This document shows, piece after piece, positions 1 to 9,459 of a stretch of DNA of 64,000 bases. The position numbers and the translations under genes are program-made. The DNA is from Nitrospirota bacterium (GTDB lineage Bacteria; Nitrospirota; UBA9217), in NCBI GenBank assembly GCA_963751455.1, contig CAVVUN010000012.1:64001-128000 (forward strand), in the 5' to 3' direction. Numbering within the stretch: position 1 is the first letter of the stretch; the number at the start of each line of letters is the position of its first letter. The notes under the pieces were generated by a model, which did not search any database, was not told the DNA's origin, and saw only the letters and a list, made by a program, of their open reading frames with translations.

Positions 1-593
1 CACGAGGAGGCTGGCAAAGAAGCTCCAGAGCGGGGAGGACAAAAAATACATCGATATCATATTGAGCGAAGTGGGCCGCCTCGAAGACGATCATCCACGA
101 TAACCTGTCCTACATCAAGGAAGCGGCCCCCCAAATGGCCGAGGGGGACCTCAATAGCGTCATTCAGGACATTCTCACTCTGTATGAAGACGAATTGACG
201 CAACGCCGGATCATCATCGAAAAGGATTTTTGCGGGAACCTTCCACTCATGAAGTTTGACGGGCAGCAGCTGAAACAGGCGATAATCAATATAATAAAGA
301 ACGCGATGGAGGCAATGGAAAACGGCGGCACCTTGACCCTCAGGACCTGCTCCCTTCCGGACACGGGAGAAGCAGCCATTGAAATCGGAGACACCGGCCA
401 CGGCATTTCGGCAAAGGCTATGAATAATGTCTTTAACCCCTACTATACGACAAAACCGCGCGGTACGGGCCTCGGATTGCCGATTACGAACAGGATCGTC
501 AAGGCCCATAAGGGCAAGATTGAAATGCGTAATAAACTGACGGGCGGCGCCGTCTTTACGATCAAACTGCCTGTACTGGCCCATAAGGAGTAA
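1..593 (+). CDS. Sensor histidine kinase, C-terminal part (HisKA/HATPase), 5'-truncated by window; apparent +1 indel near nt 85
   Basis: N box (QAIINIIKNAMEAM), G1 (DTGHG), F (VFNPYYTTK), G2 (GTGLGL). Upstream HisKA-like text (YIDIILSEVGRLE) is in another frame. Confidence 0.9.
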
Positions 594-802
594 TTACCAG
601 GCGAAGGATCCCAAGAAATAATTTTACCTTTTCTAGTGGAGCCCCCTCCGGCAGGAGCCGGAGGATTGCAAGTCGCGGGATTCATGACTCACGATTTCCT
701 TCGCGCTCTTTGCGTCTTGGCGGTAAATGATCTATACAAAATCTCTCTTGCGACCGCGCATATAATGCGATACGATATATATAACAGGAAGGCGGGGTGT
801 TT

Positions 803-1153
803 ATGAAGAAGGTCCTTGTTGTAGATGACGAAGCCAATATACGGGAGCTCTATAAAGAAGAATTCGAAGATATGGGATACGAGGTAACAACCGTGGATGA
901 CGGAGTCCAGGCGCTTGCCGTTCTCGAAACCGCCAAATTCGATCTCGTAACGCTTGACATGCGGATGCCGGACATGGACGGCATCGAGACCCTTCGCAAA
1001 ATGAAAGAAAAGGACAGCACGCTTCCCATTATTATCAGCACTGCCTACGAGGAGTATAAGCATGACTTCGGGAGCTGGTGCTCGGACGCCTATGTTGTCA
1101 AGTCCGCGGACACGTCGCTTCTGCGCGAGACTGTGAAAAAGATCCTCGGATGA
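803..1153 (+). CDS. Single-domain response regulator (receiver)
   Basis: KKVLVVDD, LDMRMPDMDG (phospho-Asp), ST and VVKS motifs. Confidence 0.93.
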   Translation: MKKVLVVDDEANIRELYKEEFEDMGYEVTTVDDGVQALAVLETAKFDLVTLDMRMPDMDGIETLRKMKEKDSTLPIIISTAYEEYKHDFGSWCSDAYVVKSADTSLLRETVKKILG

Positions 1154-2439
1154 AAGAGCGGGCGGAAGTTCGGATAGAGAAGATGGTTTACGGGGGCAAC
1201 GCCTTGGCCCGGCTCGACGGCAGCGAGACTGTTTTTGTCCCGGGCGCGCTTCCCGGAGAACGGGCACTCATCGAAATCACACGGAGGAAAAAAGGCTTCT
1301 ACGAGTCCCGCCTGGTGAATATTTTAGACCCGTCCGTTGACCGGATCAGCCCGCCCTGCAGCGGCGACAAGGAATGCACCGGCGCAACCTGGTCGTACAT
1401 CTCCTACCCTGCCCAGCTCCGGTTCAAACAGGAAATTCTGCAGGAAACGCTGAAAAGAATAGGCGGTATGGAGCCCATCCGCCCCTTGCCGATTCTCGCC
1501 TCTCCCCGCACGGAACACTACCGGCTCCGCACTCAATTTAACGTGAGAACGAAAGACGGTACACAGCGAATCGGTTTTTTTCGCCAGGGCTCCTACGATC
1601 TGATAGAAGTTGAAAACGCCTTCCTGATACACCCCGTTATTGAAAAAGTCCTGGGAAACCTCAGAATGCTTTCTGCGGAACTCCCTGCCCTGCAGGAAAT
1701 CCATATAAACGCCACGCCCACGGGCGAGGCGCATCTGCTCTTCTTCAGTGCACAGAACACGCTTGCGCCTTTGGATTCTTTTTTCTCCAGGCTCAAGCTG
1801 CACGCGCCCGAGGTCGTCGGCATCACCGGGTTTGCGGGCAGGAAAAAGGCATTCAGCCTGGGCAGGAACAGCTTGAACCTCGAAGTCGAAGGGTTGAAGC
1901 TGGTTGCAACCGAGGGTAATTTTTTTCAGGTGAACTGGGAGCAGAACAGGAACATGGTCCGCACGGTCCTGGATTTCGCGGAACTATCCGGAAAAGAGAC
2001 CGTACTGGACCTGTACTGCGGCATCGGAAACTTCAGTCTTCCGCTCGCAAAAAGAGCGAAGGCCGTGATCGGCATTGAATCGGGATATTCCGCGATAGTG
2101 GACGCAAAGGCAAACGCAGAACGGAACAAGATCGCGAACACGGAATTCATCGCGGATGACATGCAGAAGGGATTGAAAACGCTGATCCAGCGAAAAATGC
2201 GGGCGGATGTGATCGTGCTCGACCCTCCCCGGGCCGGAGCCACCCTGAAGACCATTGAACGCGTGCTCGCCTTTGTCCCGCAGAAGATAATTTACGTCTC
2301 GTGCAACCCCTCCACCCTCGCCAGGGACTTGAAATTTTTCCATCTCTTCGGCTTCCGTCTCGACCGCCTCCAGCCTTTGGACATGTTCCCTTATACTTAC
2401 CATATAGAATGCGTCGCGGAAATGGTGAGGACAGAATAG
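1150..2439 (+). CDS. rlmD: 23S rRNA (uracil-5)-methyltransferase RlmD/TrmA family
   Basis: N-terminal TRAM (VFVPGALPGE), FFQVN, LDLYCGIGNF, LDPPRAG, YVSCNPSTLARD, DMFP..HIE; ATGA overlap with the upstream gene. Confidence 0.92.
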   Translation: MKERAEVRIEKMVYGGNALARLDGSETVFVPGALPGERALIEITRRKKGFYESRLVNILDPSVDRISPPCSGDKECTGATWSYISYPAQLRFKQEILQETLKRIGGMEPIRPLPILASPRTEHYRLRTQFNVRTKDGTQRIGFFRQGSYDLIEVENAFLIHPVIEKVLGNLRMLSAELPALQEIHINATPTGEAHLLFFSAQNTLAPLDSFFSRLKLHAPEVVGITGFAGRKKAFSLGRNSLNLEVEGLKLVATEGNFFQVNWEQNRNMVRTVLDFAELSGKETVLDLYCGIGNFSLPLAKRAKAVIGIESGYSAIVDAKANAERNKIANTEFIADDMQKGLKTLIQRKMRADVIVLDPPRAGATLKTIERVLAFVPQKIIYVSCNPSTLARDLKFFHLFGFRLDRLQPLDMFPYTYHIECVAEMVRTE

Positions 2440-2577
2440 CCGCAAGCGCGGCGGCTTCTCCAAAAAGTCATCAAATCCTAGCAGAAGAGTAAAGTCCTTG
2501 TTTTTTCTGCACAGGCATTCTGCTAAACAAGTTAGCCAGCACGGAGCTGCCCAAAAGAAAATAGATCATGAACGTCA

Positions 2578-2810
2578 TGCCATGAAGTTCCAGATCCTTG
2601 TCTTTTTTCTGCACCGCCGCTCGCATCGCCGCGCAGACATGCCAGAGTGTCTTCAATTGTACTTGCCGAAACAGCCGCCCATTGCGCTGAGCTTCGCTGC
2701 GCTTCGCACGCGCATGCATGATTTATGGTTTACCGACTCTGCTACCGGTCATGGTAATGCGCGGACGCTGCTCACGGGATGCAGGGGGTTCTTGAAAAGC
2801 GTGAGAAAAA
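2578..2810 (-). repeat. ~230-bp hairpin-forming element, copy A
   Basis: Reverse complement shares AGAACCCCCTGCATCCCGTGA, CAGCGAAGC and CGGCGGTGCAGAAAAAA blocks with 4960-5198. Confidence 0.75.
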
Positions 2811-2858
2811 ACTGCAAAACGATTTTTGTTTACTCCTACGCCGAACAGGTAGGCAACT

Positions 2859-4169
2859 TCAATGGCTGGACGCCGTCTTTTTCTTCTTTTTTAGCGTGTT
2901 CTTCTTTTTCTGCGCCTGGGATGGCTGTTCTTTTTTGTGTTTGATCGAAGCGGCCCGCGATAAGGACAGTGTCGGCGTTTGAGAAGAAGCAAGTGTGTCC
3001 GTGGCCGGGCTGGCACTTCCTGAAGATTTGAGCAGGTTCTCATTGGAATTGACTGAAGAAACAGGCGAGACTGATGTGGTCGGCTCAGGTTGAGTAACCA
3101 GCAGAGGTTGGGATGCCGCAGAAGCAGGCTCAGTTGCCGGAACCGTGACGGGAACTTCGGATTTAGTCCGCAGATAATAGAAGCCGGCGCCGGAAACAGC
3201 TGACAAAAGCAAAACTGCTGCTGCCGCTTGTCTCAACCATCCACGCCTCGGCAGGCTGCCGGTAATAATGAGGGTCTCCTGGTCCGTTGCAGGCTCGATC
3301 ACCTTCTGCGAAACAAGATACTCCGTGATCCGCAGGAGCGAAGCCGCTTTCGTTGTTTTGCCCGCCAGCCTCTTCCCGAGCTTTTTCTCTATATCCAGCA
3401 TAGATCCGAAGCGTTTTTGCGGCTTCTTATTTAGACATTTTTTGACGATCCGCTGGACACTTCTGGGTATGTCGCTGTTTATGCGGCGCGGAGGAACAAA
3501 TTTGTCTTTCAGTATCTTCGCACTCACCGCCCGCGTGTCCTCGTCAACAAAGGGCTTCGTCCCGGTGAGCATCTCGTACAGGACAATGCCGAATGAGAAA
3601 ACATCCGAGCGAATATCAAGATTCTGGCCGACGATCTGCTCGGGCGACATGTAGGCAGGCGTCCCCACGACGGTCCCCGGTATGGTGAGCGCTTCAAGAT
3701 TCCTTGTATGCGCGATCCCGAAATCCATCAGCTTGACCTCGCCGTTCCGCTTGACCATGATATTGCTCGGTTTGATGTCGCGGTGAATAAGGCCTCGCAT
3801 GTGGGCATAATCAAGGGCGCTGCAGACCTGCATCGCGATCATGATCGATATGTCCACGGGAAGCCCGCCGGCCTTCTCGATGATCTCGGCCAGGTTCGTG
3901 CCGTCCACATATTCCATCACGATGCAATAGTTCGGTTTCTTCCAGTAATCATAGATATGGACGATATTCTCGTGCTGGAGCGAGGCGGCCACGATGCTCT
4001 CCCGCTCAAAGCGCCGGACTATCTGATGGTCCGCATGGTAGCCTTTCTTCAGTTCTTTGATCGCAACCGGCCTGTTGAGCGACTTCTGCAGGGCCTTGTG
4101 CACAATGGCCATGCCTCCTGCGCCGATCTCCTCGATTATTTCATATTCGTCTTTAATCTGTCTGGGCAT
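2859..4169 (-). CDS. Hanks-type Ser/Thr protein kinase with C-terminal TM and low-complexity tail
   Basis: GAGGMAIV, VAIK, HRDIKPSN, DFG, GTPAYMSPE, SDVFSFG; hydrophobic segment AAAAVLLLSAVSGAGFYYL. Confidence 0.95.
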   Translation of the reverse strand: MPRQIKDEYEIIEEIGAGGMAIVHKALQKSLNRPVAIKELKKGYHADHQIVRRFERESIVAASLQHENIVHIYDYWKKPNYCIVMEYVDGTNLAEIIEKAGGLPVDISIMIAMQVCSALDYAHMRGLIHRDIKPSNIMVKRNGEVKLMDFGIAHTRNLEALTIPGTVVGTPAYMSPEQIVGQNLDIRSDVFSFGIVLYEMLTGTKPFVDEDTRAVSAKILKDKFVPPRRINSDIPRSVQRIVKKCLNKKPQKRFGSMLDIEKKLGKRLAGKTTKAASLLRITEYLVSQKVIEPATDQETLIITGSLPRRGWLRQAAAAVLLLSAVSGAGFYYLRTKSEVPVTVPATEPASAASQPLLVTQPEPTTSVSPVSSVNSNENLLKSSGSASPATDTLASSQTPTLSLSRAASIKHKKEQPSQAQKKKNTLKKKKKTASSH

Positions 4170-4434
4170 AAAAGTCTTGAATCCTAAATCACGCGAAGCC
4201 ACTCTTTTGAACCGCGAAGTCGCGCCCTGCACTCCCGCATTCGGAAGTCTTAGAATCATTGTTGTACCATCTCGCTTAGTAACGCGAGACGGGAATCAAG
4301 GGCCTCATAAACGCTGGGTGCAAGCGAAGGACGCTAAGGTTTTAATACTCTTAAAATTCGAATTTAGGCTTTCTTAGCGCTCTTAGCGCCCTCGCGGTGA
4401 AAGCTTTTGATGTTCGAAAGCGCTTTTCCCGATT

Positions 4435-4833
4435 CTATTCGATTTCGTACGTCGTATTGCGGGGATTATCCTGGAGGATAAACTGGAAGGTCGTGTCCCC
4501 GACACGGAACTTGTCTCCATGGCGCAGGTTCGCCTGCTTGATGAAGGCCCCGTTCATGAGCGTGCCGTTTTTGCTGTCCAGGTCCTTCAATATATAGCTG
4601 TGGTCAAGGTACACGATAACGGCGTGCCGGCGGGACATATGAGCATCCGCTGGCGCGATATCAGCGTCCTTGTCTCTCCCGATGACGGTATAGGTTTTGG
4701 CAACCGTATACTCCATGCCCTTTACCTGCCCGTCCACAATCACAAGCGAGGCCTGCAGCCGTTCGGGAATTTTCTCCGTCGGCCCCGGATTGCCGATCCG
4801 GGTTGCGTCATCCCGTCCGTCGGAATTCTTCAT
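4435..4833 (-). CDS. FHA domain protein
   Basis: IGRD, MSRRHA, DLDSKNGT, LRHGDKFRVG. Confidence 0.93.
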   Translation of the reverse strand: MKNSDGRDDATRIGNPGPTEKIPERLQASLVIVDGQVKGMEYTVAKTYTVIGRDKDADIAPADAHMSRRHAVIVYLDHSYILKDLDSKNGTLMNGAFIKQANLRHGDKFRVGDTTFQFILQDNPRNTTYEIE

Positions 4834-4959
4834 AAAAATCCCCCCGTAAAAGTAATGATAAGGCACGACCCGGAAAACGTCAAGGTCAAGATCACAACGT
4901 AACTACTTATATATGAGCTTCAAGTATTTTTTGGGCGAATCATATGATCAAACCTCTTT

Positions 4960-5198
4960 TATTCTCAACCGCCTTTCCAGAACCCCCTGCATCCCGTGAA
5001 CAGGTACATGCTTTGCCATGCGTGAAAAAACATTATGATAGTCAATGAGGCCAAAACAGCACAGCGGAGCACAGCGAAGCGTGAGTGCTGCGGGTAGGTG
5101 AACTAGTCAATAAGGCCTGCAAGCAATCTGGCATGCTTGCATGGACCTGTGAACGGCGGTGCAGAAAAAAAACAAGGGTCTTGAACACCTTGGCCATG
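4960..5198 (+). repeat. ~230-bp hairpin-forming element, copy B (inverted relative to copy A)
   Basis: Homologous blocks to 2578-2810; ends pair imperfectly (CTGCATCCCGT with ACGGCGGTGCAG). Confidence 0.75.
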
Positions 5199-5295
5199 CT
5201 GTTCAGTATCTTTTTTTGAGATCCTTCTCAAAACCACGGCTCTCTTATGTTTATTTTCAATTTCCGCTTCGCGAACGATATGATACAATATCGGC

Positions 5296-6606
5296 ATGAA
5301 GAAAACCGACAAGACCCGGGTCCTTGGCACCAGCCAAAAACTGCTCGTACTCAAGAAGGCGAGGTTCACGGTAATAAAGGGCACGGACAAGGGCAAAGAG
5401 CTCGTACTCCAGAACGCCCTGGTATCTATCGGAACGCTTCCGACGAACGATCTTGTCATCACGGATACTACTGTTTCGCGGACCCACGCCGAGGTCGAAG
5501 AAAAAAGCGGCGGCTACGTCATCCGGGACTTGGACAGCACAAACGGCACGTTTCTGGAAGGCCTCAGCGTGCGCGAGGCCTTTCTCACCCCCGGGTCCGT
5601 CATCCGCCTCGGAGAAACCGAAATTATCTTTTCCCCGGTGGAAGAATGCATCGAAATTCCGACAAGCAATGCAGAAAGCTTCGGCGAGCTTACAGGCTCG
5701 TCATCCCCCATGCAGGAAATCTACGGTATTCTTGAGCGCGTCTCTCCCACAGACGTTACCGTGCTTATCGAGGGAGAAACCGGCACCGGCAAGGAACTGG
5801 CAGCGCGAGCCATCCATCGCCACAGCAAGCGAGCGGACGGCCCCTTTGTCGTGTTCGACTGCGGCGCCGTTGCCCCGAACCTGATCGAGAGCGAGCTGTT
5901 CGGCCACGAGAAAGGCGCTTTCACGGACGCAGCCAGGTTCCGCCAGGGCGTGTTCGAACTCGCTGACAACGGGACCATCTTCCTGGATGAGATCGGCGAA
6001 CTTTCCCTGGACCTTCAACCCAAGCTCCTCCGCGCCCTCGATCAGCGTGAAGCCAAGCGGATCGGCAGCGACAAGCCGGTAAGCTTCAATGTAAGGGTAA
6101 TTGCTGCCACGAACAGGGACCTTGAAAAAGAAGTGAAGGCAGGACAATTCCGCGAGGACCTCTTCTACCGCCTCTCGGTCGTGCGCGTGTCCATGCCGCC
6201 CTTGCGAAAACGGAAAGAGGATATAGAAACAATAGCCTCCGATCTGCTCGCGGGAATCTCGAAAGAAATCGGTAAAAAAATTACAGGCCTTTCTTCGGAA
6301 GCAGGGGCCGCTCTCAGCGCTTATGCCTGGCCCGGGAACGTGAGGGAACTAAGAAACATTCTTGGTCGCGCAGCCGCCCTGTGCAACGGAGACCGGATCG
6401 AGGCGCGGGACCTCTTCCTCACCCAGAAAAAGAAGAGCGCCACCCTGGACGGCCTGAGCGGCAAGACCCTCGAAGAGATCGAAAAGGCCGCGATCCAGGC
6501 GACCCTCAAATCGGCCAATGGAAACAAAACCGAAGCCGCAAAGGTCCTGGGCATCGCCTATTCCACGCTGTATGAAAAGATGAAAAAGTACGGGATGAGG
6601 GAGTAG
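5296..6606 (+). CDS. FHA-domain sigma-54-dependent transcriptional activator (FHA-AAA+-Fis HTH)
   Basis: FHA ([14 protein letters not shown]), Walker [49 protein letters not shown]-terminal HTH. Confidence 0.96.
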   Translation: MKKTDKTRVLGTSQKLLVLKKARFTVIKGTDKGKELVLQNALVSIGTLPTNDLVITDTTVSRTHAEVEEKSGGYVIRDLDSTNGTFLEGLSVREAFLTPGSVIRLGETEIIFSPVEECIEIPTSNAESFGELTGSSSPMQEIYGILERVSPTDVTVLIEGETGTGKELAARAIHRHSKRADGPFVVFDCGAVAPNLIESELFGHEKGAFTDAARFRQGVFELADNGTIFLDEIGELSLDLQPKLLRALDQREAKRIGSDKPVSFNVRVIAATNRDLEKEVKAGQFREDLFYRLSVVRVSMPPLRKRKEDIETIASDLLAGISKEIGKKITGLSSEAGAALSAYAWPGNVRELRNILGRAAALCNGDRIEARDLFLTQKKKSATLDGLSGKTLEEIEKAAIQATLKSANGNKTEAAKVLGIAYSTLYEKMKKYGMRE

Positions 6607-6650
6607 AGAGGACTGCGGCACTAGAAGGAAAAGGTCTCAAAACGTCAAAA

Positions 6651-6726
6651 CGCACCCTAAAGGGTGCGGCTACCAATTATAAAATCAATGCGTTACGATT
6701 TGGTAGTCGCAGGCTTTAGCCTGCGT
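6651..6726. repeat. REP-like palindrome pair
   Basis: CGCACCCTAAAGGGTGCGGCTACC and inverted GGTAGTCGCAGGCTTTAGCCTGCG; a related copy at 61401-61424. Confidence 0.65.
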
Positions 6727-6777
6727 AATTAGTTTTTCAACAGCCTGCTATATTGTCAAACATTGAAAGGAGACATT

Positions 6778-7063
6778 ATGAAGAACAGAGAGGAATATAT
6801 CGATAAGCTGGCAGCACAGCTCAAGGAGTGGTCCGCCAAGATCGATGAGGTTGAAATCAAGGCCCGTGCGGCCAAGGCCGACGCGAAAGTCGGGTATGAA
6901 AACCAAATCAGGCAGCTCAAGGATAAACGGGAGGCTGCGGCCCAAAAACTTCAGGAGCTTAAAAGTTCAAGCGCAGAAGCCTGGGGCACTCTGAAAGCGG
7001 GAGCGGAAGACTGCATGGGCAGACCTTAAGTCCGCCGTCACCGCGGCAAAAGAGAAGTTTTAA
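6778..7063 (+). CDS. Small coiled-coil protein, +1 frameshift near the 3' end (error or pseudogene)
   Basis: RBS AAGGAG; MKNREEYIDKLAAQLKEW...; removing one base near 7008 restores ETAWADLKSAVTAAKEKF*. Confidence 0.75.
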
Positions 7064-7188
7064 AAGCCGGACGAACGTCCAACTGACACAGAGACAGGGA
7101 ATTTTACTGCTGATATTCCGAAGAGCAGTGCAATGGCCCTGTAAAGATGTTGAAAATGTCACGCTGAGCATAACAAGGGGCTCAAATG

Positions 7189-7248
7189 ATGCAACCAGCG
7201 GGGAGAGGCCGGCGCGCTGAGATCATCCGGCTTACCCGCTCGTTTATC
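7189..7248 (+). mobile_element. Degenerate attC site
   Basis: ATGCAAC...GTTTATC, 60 bp, arms AGCGGG/CCCGCT and GCCGG/CCGGC; directly precedes a gene. Confidence 0.5.
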
Positions 7249-7262
7249 CAATGGGAAAAAAC

Positions 7263-7673
7263 ATGAAATACTCCGATATTGAAGATGCCTTCATGTTTGT
7301 AAGCATGTCTCCTCCTGACGAGAATTATGCCTATCTCAACAAAGAGACCGGGGAAGCATACTATGTTTCGTCGTTGGGCGACTCGGATGAATTGCCCGAC
7401 GATCTGGAAGAAAATGAGAAATATATAAGCATTCCGCACAAGAATGACTTAAATCTCGGCCGGAACCTGGTCTTTGATTTTATCTCCGCCAATCTCCCAA
7501 ATGAGTTTGAACGAGTCAGAGGAATTTTCAGCAGAAAAGGAGCTTATACTCGCTTCAAGGACTTGCTCGAATCAAAGGGGCAACTCGAGGCCTGGTATGA
7601 ATTTGAGCGAAAGGCTACCGAGGAGGCGCTTCGTGGCTGGTGCAAAGAAAACAACATCACTTTGGAGGGTTAA
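7263..7673 (+). CDS. UPF0158-like protein
   Basis: AYLNKETGE, YISIP, FSRKGAYTRFKDLL, WYEFE, LRGWCKEN. Confidence 0.8.
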   Translation: MKYSDIEDAFMFVSMSPPDENYAYLNKETGEAYYVSSLGDSDELPDDLEENEKYISIPHKNDLNLGRNLVFDFISANLPNEFERVRGIFSRKGAYTRFKDLLESKGQLEAWYEFERKATEEALRGWCKENNITLEG

Positions 7674-7752
7674 ATCCGTCAATGGAAGCAAGACCGAAGC
7701 CGCAAAGACCCTCGGCTTTGCCTATTCTACACTGTACGAGAAGATGAAGAAA
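7672..7752 (+). repeat. Diverged duplicate of the 3' end (HTH) of the sigma-54 activator gene
   Basis: Encodes [27 protein letters not shown] vs [27 protein letters not shown] at 6508-6588. Confidence 0.9.
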
Positions 7753-7888
7753 GCACGCGATGTAGTAGAGAGTACTTTCTTAAGTATGCAGTAGCTGCAT
7801 TTATTAAATTTCATTATTACATGATATAATCTGTATGAAAGCGCTATAAAAGTGCAAACAAAAATCTGACGATAAGGGAGGAAAGACT

Positions 7889-8287
7889 ATGAAGAGAACG
7901 CTTCTCGCAGTGCTGGCAGTTTTCGTGACCTGGTCGGTTCTCGATTTCGTCATCCACGGATTGATCCTTGGCTCTATATACATGGCGACGCCCCATCTTT
8001 GGCGCCCCATGCACGAGATGAAGACAGGCCTCTTGTATTTCTCCACGCTCGTTGCGGCGGCTTCCTTCGTGTACATCTATGCGCGGTTCGTAACCGACAA
8101 GAACATCAAGTCAGCCTCGTTGTACGGCCTCGTCTTCGGGATTGGCGCGGGTGTCGCTATGGGCTACGGAAGCTATTCGGTCATGCCCATCCCCTATATC
8201 ATCGCCTTTGTGTGGTTCGCGGGCAGTGTTGTGGAGTACACATTAGGAGGTCTGGTGTCAGGACTGATTATTAAAAAGGAACTATAG
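7889..8287 (+). CDS. Four-TM membrane protein of unknown function
   Basis: RBS GGAGG; four hydrophobic segments. Confidence 0.8.
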   Translation: MKRTLLAVLAVFVTWSVLDFVIHGLILGSIYMATPHLWRPMHEMKTGLLYFSTLVAAASFVYIYARFVTDKNIKSASLYGLVFGIGAGVAMGYGSYSVMPIPYIIAFVWFAGSVVEYTLGGLVSGLIIKKEL

Positions 8288-8321
8288 CTATTTTGAACTA
8301 TTGACGATCAACAAACATACG

Positions 8322-8360
8322 AACGCTGCTGATTAACGATAATCAGCAGCGTTGTTTTTT
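8322..8360 (+). terminator. Intrinsic terminator
   Basis: AACGCTGCTGATTA-acga-TAATCAGCAGCGTT followed by GTTTTTT. Confidence 0.8.
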
Positions 8361-8450
8361 CCTGTAACTTGCACATTGACCATCCATATCTTCATTCCAT
8401 ATTTCATTCGGCAATTATCAAGGGATACCCTAAAATACCTATCCAAACCG

Positions 8451-8479
8451 TTGACAACATCTTGCATAAAGCATATATT
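8451..8479 (+). promoter_or_regulatory. Sigma-70-type promoter upstream of cassette array A
   Basis: TTGACA-N17-TATATT. Confidence 0.6.
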
Positions 8480-8498
8480 CGTGAAAATAATGAGCACC

Positions 8499-8585
8499 TG
8501 GCACGTACTTTGCTAAACTAGACAACACCGTAAATTCGATGTTATCGAGTTAACTAGCCAATATCCCATTGGCACTTATTTTGCT
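8499..8585 (+). promoter_or_regulatory. Two tandem sigma-54 (-24/-12) promoters in a 71-bp-period direct repeat
   Basis: TGGCAC-GTACT-TTGCT (8499-8514) and TGGCAC-TTATT-TTGCT (8570-8585), both matching TGGCAC-N5-TTGCW. Confidence 0.75.
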
Positions 8586-8588
8586 AAA

Positions 8589-8673
8589 CTGGTAAACACC
8601 ATAAATCCGTTGTTTACTATCCCCCTCGTAAACAGGTGCTTTACTATGGGGGATAGTCAATTACTGGTTGAAT
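8589..8673 (+). mobile_element. attI-like site of array A
   Basis: Shares CTGGTAAACACC and CAATTACTGGTTG with the attI beside the integrase remnant (32840-32903); similarity ends at the GTT core. Confidence 0.75.
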
Positions 8674-8742
8674 TTTTCAACAACACACTCCAGACGGACA
8701 GGGTCATTGAGCATTTAAACGTCCAGAGCAAAGGGAGAGCAT

Positions 8743-9249
8743 GTGAAAGATACACTTCAAAAAAGTATAGATCGAGCAATCATTCTATTGAAAACTCCAA
8801 GGGAATATGGAAAATATATATCGCTCAAAATATCCCCGCCTTCCGGGTGTTGCTGTTCCCATTGCTGGCCAGAAACATGGAAAACAGTCAATCAAAAAAT
8901 AGCCCCATATGGTCCCGTTGGCCATGAAGGTGACGCGATAATCGTAACAAATGGAGATAGCTTTGTTCTCGAATCTCATGAAAGCGGTCCGGAAATTATT
9001 GCTTATCTCGCTCTGGCAACGGTGTCAGCAACCCTATTGAAATCGCTTATTGATCTTGTCACCACGATCATTAAGGGCTTATCAGGCGAGCATAAAAAAC
9101 AACCTCCTCGGATCAAAATTTCAAAAAGACAAATTGTCAAAGGAAAAATTGAGGAAGAACATTTAATTGAAATAGATGTTCCGATTTCAAAAGATGTAGA
9201 AAAAAAGCTAGAAGAAATAATAAGACGATCAATAAATAAAAACTCTTAA
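8743..9249 (+). CDS. Cassette-encoded hypothetical protein (CCCxHC motif)
   Basis: AT-rich ORF with RBS, followed by attC. Confidence 0.75.
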   Translation: MKDTLQKSIDRAIILLKTPREYGKYISLKISPPSGCCCSHCWPETWKTVNQKIAPYGPVGHEGDAIIVTNGDSFVLESHESGPEIIAYLALATVSATLLKSLIDLVTTIIKGLSGEHKKQPPRIKISKRQIVKGKIEEEHLIEIDVPISKDVEKKLEEIIRRSINKNS

Positions 9250-9319
9250 CAGCAATTCAGATGCCCGCCCTATACACGCCTTTGGGACAGATAGAGCAGA
9301 GCAAAATTCGACGCGATGA

Positions 9320-9378
9320 TTCCAACATCGCCGTCGAGAGGGTCGCTGAAAAACACGCCCCTCACGGCGGCGTTGGAA
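9320..9378 (+). mobile_element. attC site (59 bp)
   Basis: TTCCAAC...GCCGT-c-GAG...CTC-ACGGC...GTTGGAA, with an extrahelical base. Confidence 0.9.
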
Positions 9379-9459
9379 ACGCTGCGCATCTCTCTTCCAA
9401 CCAGCAATTCTAGCGGACAAGGCCGCTCAATGTCCGAAAATCAATAAAAGGAGAAGCGT

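Noticed and set aside
8499-8615. Direct repeat as a CRISPR array
   Set aside because: Only two imperfect copies, no unique spacers, no cas genes; better explained as a duplicated promoter/attI segment.
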